Shown here one piece after another: positions 24,207 to 36,666 of a DNA stretch of 64,000 nt; positions within the stretch are counted from its first letter, which is position 1, and every line of letters starts with the position of its first letter. The notes below the pieces were generated by a model. The model saw only the letters and a list, made by a program, of their open reading frames with translations. It did not search any database and was not told where the DNA came from. The position numbers and the translations under genes are program-made. Source of the stretch: Azolla caroliniana (lineage: Eukaryota; Plantae; Polypodiophyta); contig JBHGNT010000009.1 of assembly GCA_043228905.1 (NCBI GenBank), forward strand, positions 1,178,001-1,242,000. Reading direction: 5' to 3'.

Positions 24207-25361
24207 GTCCAGCCAAAATAGGAGCCGTTTGGTTGGACAGCCCTAGATCTGTGCAGCCCATTAGTGGTTCCATTCCCTCTAAGCAAGTTAGTGATGTGTT
24301 CGTAGCCCAAGTAATAGTTAGTACTAAAAGTACCCCTCCAGTACATGTCCTAGCACTCCTAGATTCCGGAGCTAACTCTTGCTTTATGGATAAGAAATTT
24401 GCTCAAGCTCATAAGATATCCCTAAGAAAACTCCAGTGTCCAGCCTCTGTAGTAGTCATTGATGGACGTCCCATTGCTTCTGGAAATATCATAGAAGAGT
24501 TAGAGCCCATTAATATTGTCCTAGATAACTTAGCATGTGTAGTATCATTTAATATTATTAGTATCCCAGAACATCCTATAGTTTTAGGATTACCGTGGTT
24601 CGAGTTACATAACCCAGACATAGATTGGAGAACAAGAGAAATCCAGTGTCGACAAACCCAATGGTCAACTCAGAAGATGGCAACCATTTCGCTACGTCAG
24701 TTGCGTAAAGAAGGGTGCAAGGAGGAAATGTTCCTCTTTGCAATATCAGTAAACCCCTCCAGCACCACTAAAGAAGAATCCACCGTTCAACTTCCCGAGA
24801 AGTATCGTCATTACGCCGATGTGTTCAATAAAGTACAAGCCAACACACTTCCTCATCATCGACCGTACGATTGCCCCATCGATTTACAACCGGGAAAAGA
24901 GCCGCCATGGGGACCGATCTACAATTTGTCACCAACCGAGCTGGAAGTCCTTCGGGCCTATATAGAGGAGAATTTGGAAAATGGTTACATTCGGCATTCG
25001 AAATCTCCAGCCGGCGCGCCCATTTTCTTCGTCAAGAAAAAAGATGGATCGCTTCGTCTCGTTGTAGATTACCGTGGCTTGAATAAGGTTACAATCAGGA
25101 ATAGGTATGCTCTTCCCCTTATCTCAAGTCTTTTAGAACGGATCAATGGTGCCAGGTTCTTCACGAAGATCGACTTATGGGGAGCATATAACCTCGTACG
25201 GATCCGACCAGGAGACGAATGGAAGACCGCGTTTCGCACCAGATATGGGCACTTCGAGTATATGGTCATGTCGTTCGGCCTCACTAATGCACCGACAGTC
25301 TTCCAGCACATGGCTAATGATATATTCCGAGATCTATTGGATGATTGTTTGATCATCTATT
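24203..25361 (+). pseudogene. pol: Chromovirus pol part 1 (protease and RT N-terminal half)
   Basis: LLDSGAN, SPAGAPIFFVKKKDG, DYRGLN, KTAFRT and FGLTNAP. It lies in the -1 frame relative to gag and is cut at IY|LDD. Confidence 0.93.
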
Positions 25362-26016
25362 TGTTGAGAACTCGACGTTCCTTATGTCCGACGCTCGGCC
25401 ACAACCGAGATTCTTTACATACACAGAAAAAACAGGTAATGAAACGCGACACAAAAGAGGAGAAATGATACACAGGAGGTATACGTGGAAAAACCCCAAA
25501 ATAGGGGAAAAAACCACGGCAGCCCACAAGCTGCAAACTGTCGCTATGTAGAAATATACAACAGTGAGATCACTGAGGCAACGACCTCGTGCTCTCAGAT
25601 CTTCGCCACAGGCGGCGGTTACAACAGAGGCAACGACCTCGTCTCTCTCTCTCTCTCTCTCTGTACAGTTACGTGCTCTGATTTCTTCTTGCACCAACAA
25701 CGAAGAATAATAACAAGAATGACAACATATACTAAAAGTTTGCCCTAAGTCATATTTATACTAATATGACTTTTCGGCTATTTACAAATGTAGCCTCGAT
25801 GGGCTCCATCCGGCTCTCCGCAGTCGGGTACTCCTCATCCGGTTCATACTGGGCCTACACCATCCGACTCTCCGCAGTCAGGTACTCCTCATCCGGTTCA
25901 TACCGGGCCTACACCATCCGACTCTCCGAAGTCGGGTTCTCCCCATCCGGTTCATACCGTTTGTTCGTCGGCACTGTTCTTCTCCCTTCCCATCCGGAGG
26001 GACCTGTTTCCCAACA
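25362..26016 (-). mobile_element. Copia solo LTR inserted in the RT YLDD motif
   Basis: TGTTG...CAACA termini, TSD CTATT (25357-25361 and 26017-26021). Homologous to LTR 55156; contains 51-bp tandem repeats. Confidence 0.92.
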
Positions 26017-26375
26017 CTATTTGGATGATCTACTGGTTTATTCAAAGACCCAAGAAGAACATGATTCTCATGTACTATTAGTACTAAAACGACTTCGAGA
26101 ACATGGTCTGTATGCAAAGCTGGAAAAATGTAGTTTTGGGTGCAACCAAGTGGAATTTCTTGGCTACATCATTTCGTCAGAAGGCATCTCCATGGACCCA
26201 GCTAAGGTCAAAACGGTGGTGGAATGGCAGACTCCACGTTCGGTGCGGGATGTGCAATGCTTCTTAGGCTTTGCCAATTTTTACCGGAAGTTCATACAAG
26301 ATTACTCAAAGATCGTTCTACCTCTCACACAACTTACCAGGAAGGGACAACCATTCATCTGGTCTGAAGAAACGG
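26017..26375 (+). pseudogene. pol: Chromovirus pol part 2 (RT C-terminal half)
   Basis: YLDDLLVYS, KCSF, FLGYII and FLGFANFYRKFI. Confidence 0.92.
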
Positions 26376-29300
26376 TGTCGTGAAGAATTTTGGCCAGAGG
26401 CGGAAACCGGGAACATTGGCTACATCGGCGGGGTGCAGTGTGTGAACGCACCCATGTACATTTAGTGTCAATATCGAGGGCGCCTTTATGGCGCCGAAGA
26501 GTGGTCAAGTCGGGGCAGATGATCCCATGTAAGGCGGGATTTGTCCCACATTGTAACGCATCCCTGTCCTTGTTCTATAAAAGGAAGGGAACGCCCTCTG
26601 TGAGAGGGTTGCCCATTTTGCATTAGAGGGTATACCGTTAGGTTTAGAGTTAGGTTTCTTCTCCTTCTTCTCTCCCCTTCGTGTTTTGCTTAGGGTTTGC
26701 TTTGGTTCGGCCTCTTGTGAAAGACCCCGCTCGGCGCGACGAGTTAAGAGCTCCCCGACGGCGGCTTGGCAACAGACGACTATTGTAACCAACCTCAGTC
26801 CGGCATGAAGCCGGGAATGTATTCTTCTTATATATACATACATGTACGTTTACGTTTGTCTGTGTATATTCGCGTCGTTGTTGGCGTCGGGTGCTTACCC
26901 TCTCCTGCGTTTTCTGTACATAAGGCGTGAGTCGGGTTGGGCTGTGTGTGCGAGTGTGCGTGTGCGTGTGCGTGAGTCGGTGTTAAGCTCGCTCTCTCTC
27001 TCTCTCCCTTCGGTTGCTTCCGGTGTGTTTCTGGGATGCCCCAGAAACAGTGAAGCACGACTTCCTACGCTCCATCGCTCTCTAGTCCAAGACCCCCGTG
27101 GTCCCGCCTTTCTCCACGCACGCGCGTAACAACGCGACATCTTTGGTGAACCCGACGTGAAAGGCAGCAAGGGAGGATGGAGTCGGAAGACGACGACCTT
27201 GCGGAGATGGTGGCCGAAGTGGTGTTAGAGTCGGCACGAGTGGTGATGAGGAGAGAAGCAGCGCAACAAGCGATTGAGCGAGTGGTCGAAAGAGTCGGCC
27301 GTTTCAACGGGGACAAAGTCCCATCTTACTTGGAAGCCTACAACGCGGAAATGGAGGAGTGTGGCATAGACGAGGCGTTGAGGCTGGAGTTCTTCTGCCG
27401 GGTCGTAGCTGTCCGGATGCATGCGGAAGTAAAGGAGCTCCGTGAGGCTCATAGTTCGTGGGAGGCCTTCGAAGAGGCGCTCCTGAAGGCATACGGAGGA
27501 TGGCGGAAGAGCCAGGGACAACACGACTTTGACCAGTGGGTAGCATCGGCAAAGACCCACCGGGGCACGACGAAGGCGTTCCGAGAGTTCGAGCGACGGC
27601 TTGCTCGGCTCCCGGAGCGGGAACAAGGTTTGGTGGGGGCGGACAAAGTCCTTTTGTTCGTCAGGTCGATCGACCGAGCGGAACGGGAAGCCATTGGGAT
27701 TGAGCTCGAAGACGATGACGGAGCGAATGGGCTTACGGAGGACTGGTCGAAGGTCGGAATGGTGTGCCAACGGCTAGACAAAGAGTGAGCCGAGAAGGCT
27801 AAGAGGAAGGGGCGCGACGGCGTGCCATCACAGCGGGAAGAGGCCGAACGGAAAAGGGAGTTGGCAAGGATCGGCGTTGGGGCCAGGATTGCGGAGGCGT
27901 ACGCTGCTCTCGAGGCGATGCTCGAGGAAGAGGAAAGATCAAGGCCGCAAGACAAGACTGAGGAGACGGACTTGCCCCACGCGACGGCGGAAGATCGGTA
28001 CGACGGTACCACGGGAGAGGGTGCGGAACGAAACGCCCTCTCGACTTGCGGAGATAGAACGGCCAAGGACGAGGCCGAGATACAAATCGCGGAACCGGAA
28101 CGTTGGGACCAGCGGTTTCGGGCGTGTCAGCCCGAGATCCCGGTCATTGGAGAAGCAAGCCCAGACGGGGCTTGCGCGATCGGTAAGAAGACAACCGCCG
28201 ACCACGAAGAGTCGGTGGCTACGGACAAGGGCGCAAAACGGATGGGCGATTCTTTGTGTCTTCCCACACTTGCTCCCGAGACGATGGCAGTCGGGCCCGA
28301 GTGCCCACGTGAGTCCCAAGCGGAGGAAGGCGGCGGCGAAAGGGCAAGAATCATCGGCGAGACGATGCGGGGAAGGTGCGGACGAAAGCCCACAGACTCG
28401 ATTCCGGAGAAATCGGCATTCGGGCCCGTATGGCCATGTAAGACCGAGGAGATGGATGGCGGTACCGAGGAGTCCTGGCACAATGCCAACGAAGTCGGAT
28501 GGGAAACGGCCTGCGAGGAGGCCGAGGACGGAAGCGGCACGAGGAGATCGTCATTCCGATACGGATGGAGCGTGATCCGGTCGTGGATCAGTCGATCGAG
28601 GCCGGATTCGGCATAAAGGTGCCGATACGGGAGAGGGTGCGGGACGAGCCGCCCTCTTTTACATGGGGAGAAAGACCGACCAGGCGAAGGTCGAGATTTG
28701 GAAGAGAATGAAAGCCAGTCCTATGGGATTCCTTACACCGATCCGGCTGCCGGCCCTAGTGCCCGCGTAAGTCCTATACGAGAGATCGGTGGCGACAGGA
28801 GAACGGGACCCGAAAATCCGGATAAAGACGAACGGACCCAAGCGAGAACCGGGCGGAGCGGACTCCCGGATGACCATTCCGGGAGGGAGGAAGAGAGTTG
28901 GCCTACGAAGAGGCCGAGGACACGGTACGTCGATACCACGGGAGAGGGTGCGGAGTAAACCGCCCTCTCGGCATGCGGATAGGGACGACCCGGGACAGGG
29001 TCGGGAAGACGGATCGGAAGCCTACGAAGGATCCTTCACACCGGTTCTAGAGACTTCGGCAGTCGGCAACGCGGTCGACGTAAGACCAAGATACTGACGG
29101 TGGCGGCGAGGTGATGAAGGCAATGGGTGTAAGGAAGTCCGGTCCTACGAGATCCCCACACTTAACCGGAGAGTCCGGCTGTTTGGCCAACGTGGCAACG
29201 TAAGACCGAGGGAGAAGGAAGGTGGCGGCAGGAAACGGGACCTGACTACGCGGAAGACACGAGGAGAGTTCGGGAGGGACTCAAACAAAAGACACCCGAA

Positions 29301-31288
29301 TTTCGGCCAGCATAGAAATGGAGTTTGGTCCTATGGGACCCTCACACCGATCCGGAGACCCCGGCTGTTCGGCCAACGTGGCAACGTAAGACCGAGGGAG
29401 AAGGACGGTGGCGGCAGGGAACAGGACCCGACGACACGAGGTTTCGGAAGGAGCCGATAGGGGCAAACACGGGGCGGTGTGTCAGGCCGGAAAGGCACAC
29501 CTTGGATGGAATAAGAGTCTCGCAAGTGGCCATTGCGGGCCGGATCAAAGCGTGACTACGGGACAGTGTTCGGCACGGGCGGTGCCGAACAAAGGAAGCG
29601 GAAGACGGCACAAGAGAGGTGCCGGGAACGAGGTGACAAGTGCCTAGTGGACTGCACAGGGTCGGAGTTAGGGGATGGCAAGAGAGCCTGGAGGAGGATC
29701 CTCCACACTCGCTTCGTAGATCTCGGTAGCTCCGTCGAAGTAGCGAAGACTGACACGGCAAGCCGGGATGACAAGCTGGTGGTGGCGAGGGGACGACGGC
29801 AAGAGGAAGACTCAGGACCTATCACGGCAACACGAAGATGGGAAGGGCCAAGCGGGCTACTACGGGGTGTTCCTCAGATGCAAAGGACACCGATATGCGG
29901 GTGAGCGGCGATGCACGATCTGGCCGGGAAAGGGGCCGACGAGGCGTGCAATGAACTGGAGTACGGCACAGGCGGTGCCAAACAACAGACGAGGGTATGT
30001 GGCACACGGAGGTGCCAGAGCGGAAAGGCGAGCACGGAGATAGGTTTCGCGGAGAAGGCCGGAAAGGGATCCTCCACACCGTTCCGGAGACCATGGCGGT
30101 TCGAGCCGACGCGGCGATGTAAGACCATGGAGAAGGAAGGTGGCGGCGAGAGGAGGACGAGGGCAACGCGAAACGACAAGGGACGATAATCAGGACGACG
30201 CGAATGATCAACGGAGGCCAAGCGGGCCACTACGGGCATGCCTCAAGCGGAGGACATCGGGCCTACGACGGGAAGCGGGGCGTTCATATGGCCGAACAAG
30301 GGCCAACGGAAGTACGCGTACTACGGAGATCGCGACAGAGGACTCATCGACGGGTCGAACGAGCCTACGGGGAGGCAAGCGCGAAGGAAGACTCGAAGCC
30401 GACGTATCAAACCGGCAGCAAGCCGAGATGCGGATCACGGGAGACCGGTTTCTCGCCGGCCGAAATCTCTCACCCTTCAACCAGATTTGGCACGTACTGG
30501 TGGACGTGTAGTTAGGTGGGGGCGGATGTCGTGAAGAATTTCGGCCAGAGGCGGAAACCGGGAACATTGGCTACATCGGTGGGGTGCAGCGTGTGAACGC
30601 ACCCATGTACATTTAGTGTCAATATTGAGGGCGCCTTTATGGCGCCGAAGAGTGGTCAAGTCGGGGCAGACGATCCCATGTAAGGCGGGATTTGTCCCAC
30701 ATTGTAACGCATCCCTGTCCTTGTTCTATAAAAGGAAGGGAACGTCCTCTGTGAGAGGGTTGACCATTTTGCATTAGAGGGTATACCGTTAGGTTTAGAT
30801 TTAGGTTTCTTCTCCTTCCTCTCTCCCCTTCGTGTTTTGCTTAGGGTTTGCTTTGGTTCGGTCTCCTGTGCAAGACCCCGCTCGGCGCGACGAGCTGGGA
30901 GCTCCCCGACGGCGGCTTGGCAGCAGACGACTATTATAACCAACCTCAGTCCGGCATGAAGCCGGGAATGTATTCTTCTTATATATACATACATGTACGT
31001 TTACGTTTGTCTGTGTATATTCGCGTCGTTGTTGGCGTCGGGTGCTTACCCTCTCCTGCGTTTTCTGTACATAAGGCGTGAGTCAGGTTGGGCTGTGTGT
31101 GCGAGTGTGTGTGTGCGTGTGCGTGAGTCGGTGTTAAGCTCACTCTCTCTCTCTCCCTTCGGTTGCTTCTGGTGTGTTTCTGGGATGCCCTAGAAACAGT
31201 GAAGCACGACTTCCTACGTTCCATCGCTCTCTAGTCCAAGACCCCCGTGGTCTCGCCTTTCTCCACGCATGCGCGTAACAACGCGACA
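26376..31288 (+). mobile_element. Non-autonomous, Gag-only W-family element D
   Basis: LTRs 26376-27139 and 30527-31288, TSD ACGG, Trp PBS and W-type PPT. No PR, RT or IN motifs. Confidence 0.93.
27177..27788 (+). CDS. Truncated Gag-like protein (N-terminal region only)
   Basis: GRFNGDKVPSYLEAYNAEM and KVLLFVRSID align with W Gag GRFDGKDATKYLASYGAEM and RVLLFVKSVD. No zinc knuckle. Confidence 0.8.
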   Translation: MESEDDDLAEMVAEVVLESARVVMRREAAQQAIERVVERVGRFNGDKVPSYLEAYNAEMEECGIDEALRLEFFCRVVAVRMHAEVKELREAHSSWEAFEEALLKAYGGWRKSQGQHDFDQWVASAKTHRGTTKAFREFERRLARLPEREQGLVGADKVLLFVRSIDRAEREAIGIELEDDDGANGLTEDWSKVGMVCQRLDKE

Positions 31289-31581
31289 ACGGACATGCCT
31301 TTCGAGAGTCTAAAAAAGGCATTTACATCGGCTCCAATTCTAGCTCATGTCGATCCGGAAAAACCATTCATTATAGAAGCTGACGCATCGGATTTTGCAT
31401 TGGGGAGCATTCTGTCATAACAGGGGAATGATGAGAAGCTACATCCTGTGGCTTTTCACTCACGCATGTTTGATGCCGCCGAAATCAACTACGAAATTCA
31501 TGATAAGGAGCTATTGGCAATAGTGGATTCTTTTATGCAATGGAGGCATTTTCTGGAGGGATCCTCTCATCCAGTCACCGT
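31289..31581 (+). pseudogene. pol: Chromovirus pol part 3 (RNase H)
   Basis: [10 protein letters not shown] and [13 protein letters not shown]; one stop at 31418. Confidence 0.9.
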
Positions 31582-32246
31582 TGTCGTGAAGAAAACCGTC
31601 CACAAGAGGAATCGGTGTACCGGAGCATAGAGACCGACTCTTCATGCACGTGCGCCTTAAGTTGTACATAGGAGATCCTAGGTAAATTCGGTAGGTAGGG
31701 AGTAAAGGGCGGGGAGTCGAGGACGAAGTGCTGTCGGATTGGGCGCGAAGTCTCTCTCTCTCTCTCGTTCTCTCTCGCTCTCGCTCTCTCTCTCTCTCGC
31801 TCTCTCTCTGTCTCTGGTTCGCAAACTCCATAGCTTCCTTCTGTGCAGGTTTCGGGAGGCTCGCGCTGCTCTGAGGAATGCCCGAGTGCTTCCGGCAGCA
31901 CCTCCAACCTGTTCCTGTCTTTCTGTGCGTTTACGAACAGGTATCGGCATCTGTCCGCCGGCCTGTTCGGTTGTAACCAACATCGTGTTTTAGTGACTCC
32001 GTGTTCTTGTCGTTTGTCTTGTCAATACATACATACTTTCGCGTCTTTCTGTGTCGCTGTCCCACTCGCGTCTTGCGTCGAAGGGCCGTGTCCCTGTGAG
32101 TCTACGCTCGCACGTAGCGGGTCTCTCTCTCTCTCTTACTCTTTGGTACAGGACCCCCGAGGTCCCGCCTCACTCCGCGCATCCGCGAGGAATACCTCGA
32201 CATATTTGGTGAACCCGACGTGAAGGAGGCGGCAGAAGAGCAGAAG

Positions 32247-33710
32247 ATGAGGGGGTCGGATCTTGCAGAGGCCATGGCTTCAGCCGTGGATCGGATATTG
32301 AGCACGCGTGAGGGCACCGGCGCCCTCGACAGAGCCATTGAGGCGGTTGTCGGTACGATCGGCCGTTTCAGCGGAAAGGATGCTACGAAGTATTTGGCGT
32401 CCTACGGGGCGGAAATGCTGATGCGGGACATTCCGGAAGAGAGGCGTCTTGCCGGGTTCCCTCGAGTGGCGATGCCAAGCATCCATGCGGAGGTGCTCGA
32501 GTTACAGGTGGAGAGCCGTACCTGGGAGGAGTTCGAAGGCCGACTCCTAGAGAAATATGGGCTGGACGACGCGCTCCGGCTTTCGAAACGGGACTTCATG
32601 GAATGGGTGGAGTTCCCCGGCAAAGGAAGAAATGCGTCGGCACTCCTCCGGGAGTTCGAAGAACGCTTTGCGCGCCTTTCGGCGCTTGACCGAACGATCC
32701 TGGATACGAGCCGAGTCCTACTGTTCGTCAAATCGGTGGACGAGCGGGACCGGGATCAAGTCGGCTCCTTGCTGGAAACCGAAGACGGGTTGACAACCGA
32801 CTGGGCTGCGGTTAAGAGAGTTTGTGGCTGTTTCGACAAACGGCGAGAATGGGCTGACAACGGGGCGGCCGATGCGGGCTCTGTTACAGCAAGGAGGCTT
32901 GGACCGGCGCCGCAAGTACGAAGGGAAGAAGCCCGGGAATGGCTCGAAACCGGTCCGGCTTCGACTGACATGGTCAATGGCTCGTCCGGAGGAGCAGCGC
33001 TGGAGGAGTTGACGCGTGCGATAAAGGATCTCCAGATCGCCCAGACTCGAAGGGAAGGCGGCGAACCGGCTCGTGACCGACGGCCGGCAGAAGGGAACAG
33101 GTGCATGTGGTGCGACGAGGTCGGCCACATCCGGAAGGACTGCGGCGATTTCGCAGAAGCGTTGAGGAGCCGGGTGGTGTACCTGTGGGAAGGCCGGGTG
33201 CACGCCGGCGACACCAGAAGGGCCCTAAACCGAAATGACGGACGAGGAGGTATGAAGAGACTGATGGAAGAGGCAGCGGCCCGACACGTGGAGGCCATCC
33301 ACTACTCGGCGTCGGCCGGCATTCGGGTCGGGGGCAGCGAGGCCCGAAAGGAGGGCAAAGACGGATTCTCGTCGACAATGCTGGAAGGTCTTGCCGGCGC
33401 ACGGCCAAGGAAAGACGAAACGGACTGTGCTGAGAGACGGGTCCGGGAAATAACCGGGTGGAGCGATCCGGTCGAGGAGAAAACGGGCTTCGTAGAAGCC
33501 GCTTGCCGGAACTACGAGGCTCTGGTAGAAGACAAGCGAGTGGGGAAAGCCGGAGCGGCCGGGCCCTCACAACGATACGAGACCCGATTCGGGCAACGAC
33601 GGAACGATGCCGGCGGATCCAGCTCGCAAGACAACCCCAGGAAGGGCGGATACCGACTGGGGACAGAAATAGAAAGGACTACGGACCTACGAAAGGTCCT
33701 AGAAGAACGG
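32247..33710 (+). pseudogene. gag: Element B gag, interrupted by element C
   Basis: MRGSDLAEAM start and CMWCDEVGHIRKDC knuckle. The reading resumes at 41002 (EER|ILDSK). Confidence 0.9.
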
Positions 33711-34539
33711 TGTCGTGAAGAAAACCGTCCCTAAGCGGAATCGGCGCACCAAGGCGTGGGAACCGGTTCTTCACGCGCGCACGCTCCAAGTTGTACATAG
33801 AATCGAATTAGGAGGATAATCGGCAGGAACGGGCCCTAACACGAGTGGAGACAAAGACCGCGCGAACAGTCTTTTCGGTCACGCGCGCGAACTGTACGAG
33901 TCGGCGGCGTAACTACGCGGATGCGTGAAGAACAGAGGAGATCCCTGTCAAAAAGGGACAGGGAATAAAGCTGACAGGACGGCCTGCTCGACGGCCTATA
34001 TAAGGAGCAGGAAAGAGCTGCTGCAGGGATCTCGCGCGGAGAGGACGAAGTGCTGTCGGACCGTTTCCGGACGCTTCTCTCTCTGTTTCCTTCCTTATTG
34101 AGCTCCATAGCTTTCTGTGCAGGGTTCGGAGGAGGCTCGCGCTGTTTCGAGGAACGCCCGGAGAGCTTCCGGCAGCACCTCCGACCTGCTACCCCTTTGT
34201 GCGTCGAAGCGAACAGGCATCGGCGTCTGTTTGCCGGCCTGTTCGGTTGTCACCAACTTGTGCCCCATCGAGGGTTGTAGTAGTGTTAGCCATTTCTGTT
34301 AATATACATAATTAGTCATTCGCGTCTGTCTGTGTCGGTGTCTGGGCGCATTCTCCGTCCCGAAGGGCCGTGTCCCTGTGTATCCCCGGTCCCGCGTAGC
34401 CGGTCCTCTCACTTTCTCCTCCCTCGCTGGCTCTTTGGTTCGAGACCCCCGCGGTCCCGCCTCGTTTCCACACGCACTTGCATAATACCTCGACATCTTT
34501 GGTGAACCCGACGTGAAGGAGGCGGCAGAAGAGCAGAAG

Positions 34540-36666
34540 ATGAGGGGGTCGGATCTTGCAGAGGCCATGGCTTCGGCCGTGGATCGGATTGTAAACACGC
34601 GCGAGGGCGCCGGTGCCCTCGACAGAGCTGTTGAGGCGGTCGTCGGCACGATCGGCCGGTTCGATGGGAAGGATGCCACGAAGTATTTGGCGTCCTACGG
34701 TGCAGAGATGCTGATGCGGGACATTCCGGAAGAAAGGCGTCTTGCCGGATTTCCCCGAGTGGCGATGCCGAGCATCCATGCGGAGGTACTCGAGGTGCGG
34801 GCGGAGAGCCGTACCTGGGAGGAGTTCGAAGGTCGGCTCCTAGAGAAATACGGGCTGGACGACGCGCTCCGGCTCTCGAAGCGAAGGTTCATGGAATGGG
34901 TGGAGTCCCCGGGGAAGGGAAGAAACGCTTCGGCACTCCTCCGGGAGTTCGAGGAAAACTTTGCGCGCCTTTCGGCGCTCGACCGAACCATCCTGGACAC
35001 GAGCCGGGTCTTGCTGTTTGTCAAGTCGGTCGACGAGCGGGATCGGGAGCAAGTGGGCCTCTTGCTGGAAACCGAAGACGGGCTCACTACCGACTGGGCG
35101 GCTGTCAAGAAAGTCTGTGGCCGTTTCGACAAACGGCGAGAATGGGCGGATAACGGGGCTACCGGTTCGGGCTCGGTCGCAGCAAGGAAGCTCGAACCAG
35201 CGCCACAGGTGCGAAAGGAAGAGACCCGAGAGTGGTTGGAAACCGGTTCGGCTTCGACCGGCGTAGTCAGAGGCTCAACCGGAGGAGCGGCGTTGGAGGA
35301 ATTGACGAGGGCGATAAAGGACCTCCAAATCGCGCAAGCCCGAAGGGAAGGTGGCGAACCGGCTCGTGACCGACGGCCGGCGGCAGGAAACAGGTGCATG
35401 TGGTGCGATGAAGTCGGCCACATTCGGAAGGACTGCGGCGACTTCGCGGAGGCGCTGAGAGACAGGGTGGTGTACCTGTGGGAAGGGCGGGTGCATGCCA
35501 GCGACACTCGAAGGGCCCTGAGCCGAAATGACGGGCGAGGTGGTATGAAAAGGTTGATGGAAGAGGCGGCGGCCCGACATGCGGAAACCGTCCACTACTC
35601 GGCGTCGGCCGGCATTCGAGTCGGGGGCGGCGAGGCCCGAAGGGAAAGCAAAGCCGGATTCTGGCCGACAGTGCTGGAAGGCCTTGCCGGTGCAAGGCTT
35701 AAAGGGGAGGAATCGGACCGTGCGGAGAAACGGGTACGGGAGATGACCGGGTGGAGCGACCCGGTCGAAGAAAAGACGGGCTTCGTGGAAGCCGCTTGCC
35801 AGAACTACGAGGCTCTGGTAGAAGAGAAGCGGGTGGGGAAACCCGGGACGACCGGGCCCTCGCAACGATACGAGACCCGGTCCGGGCCACGGCGGGACGA
35901 GACCGGCGGGGCCGGTACGCAAGATAAACCCCAGAAGGGCGGGTACCGTCTGGGGACGGAGATAGAAAGGACCACGGACTTACGAAAGGTCCTAGAGGAA
36001 CGGATCCTCGACAGCAAGGTGGAGCTGTCGCTACGAGAGGTGCTGGGAATCGCCAAGAAGGAGTTCCACGACTCCATCGTGGACTTGGTGAAACGGAAGA
36101 GGCTGTCAACGGAGACAGAACCGGAAAGACCGGTGGAAGTGCGGACGACGCACCTAGACGACATGGCGCTGGGAGATGAGTGGGCGGAAAGCCACTATTC
36201 GAGACCACACTGGGCCCGAGCGACCACGGAAACCCCGGTGAAGATCGGCGATGTCCAGGAACCGGTGATAGCTTTGGTGGACCACGGATCGGAGATCAAT
36301 TTGATGTCCATGGACTTCTATAAGAGGGGCAAATGGCCGATCAACACCAAGCACGGGTGGAAAATAAGGGCAGCAACGCGCGCCACCGAGGAACTGCACG
36401 GGGCCTGCCCGAATGTGCGAGTCAAGATCGGCGACGTCGAGATTGACCAGCACTTCTTCGTGCAGGAGACGTCTTCGCATCCGGTCATACTGGGAGAGCC
36501 GTACATCACGGCGGCGCGAATGGAGACCAAGGTGCTGGACAATGGTTCGGCTTACGCGAGGGTCAAAAGCCAAGACGGGTGCCATTCGGTCCAGTTTCTG
36601 ACGGTAAGGCCGAACCACGAACGCAACCGCAACTCCCTCGGTTCCGAAAACCGAGAGGATTTTTAG
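34540..36666 (+). CDS. gag: Element C Gag-protease polyprotein
   Basis: Intact ORF with CCHC knuckle and protease-like LVDHGSEINLM...VILGEPY. It ends at GGATTTTTAG. Confidence 0.92.
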   Translation: MRGSDLAEAMASAVDRIVNTREGAGALDRAVEAVVGTIGRFDGKDATKYLASYGAEMLMRDIPEERRLAGFPRVAMPSIHAEVLEVRAESRTWEEFEGRLLEKYGLDDALRLSKRRFMEWVESPGKGRNASALLREFEENFARLSALDRTILDTSRVLLFVKSVDERDREQVGLLLETEDGLTTDWAAVKKVCGRFDKRREWADNGATGSGSVAARKLEPAPQVRKEETREWLETGSASTGVVRGSTGGAALEELTRAIKDLQIAQARREGGEPARDRRPAAGNRCMWCDEVGHIRKDCGDFAEALRDRVVYLWEGRVHASDTRRALSRNDGRGGMKRLMEEAAARHAETVHYSASAGIRVGGGEARRESKAGFWPTVLEGLAGARLKGEESDRAEKRVREMTGWSDPVEEKTGFVEAACQNYEALVEEKRVGKPGTTGPSQRYETRSGPRRDETGGAGTQDKPQKGGYRLGTEIERTTDLRKVLEERILDSKVELSLREVLGIAKKEFHDSIVDLVKRKRLSTETEPERPVEVRTTHLDDMALGDEWAESHYSRPHWARATTETPVKIGDVQEPVIALVDHGSEINLMSMDFYKRGKWPINTKHGWKIRAATRATEELHGACPNVRVKIGDVEIDQHFFVQETSSHPVILGEPYITAARMETKVLDNGSAYARVKSQDGCHSVQFLTVRPNHERNRNSLGSENREDF

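Noticed and set aside
34513-34539. GTG start codons for W gag (also 32220 and 21926)
   Set aside because: The GTG lies inside the PBS. The downstream ATG (MRGS...) is more plausible.
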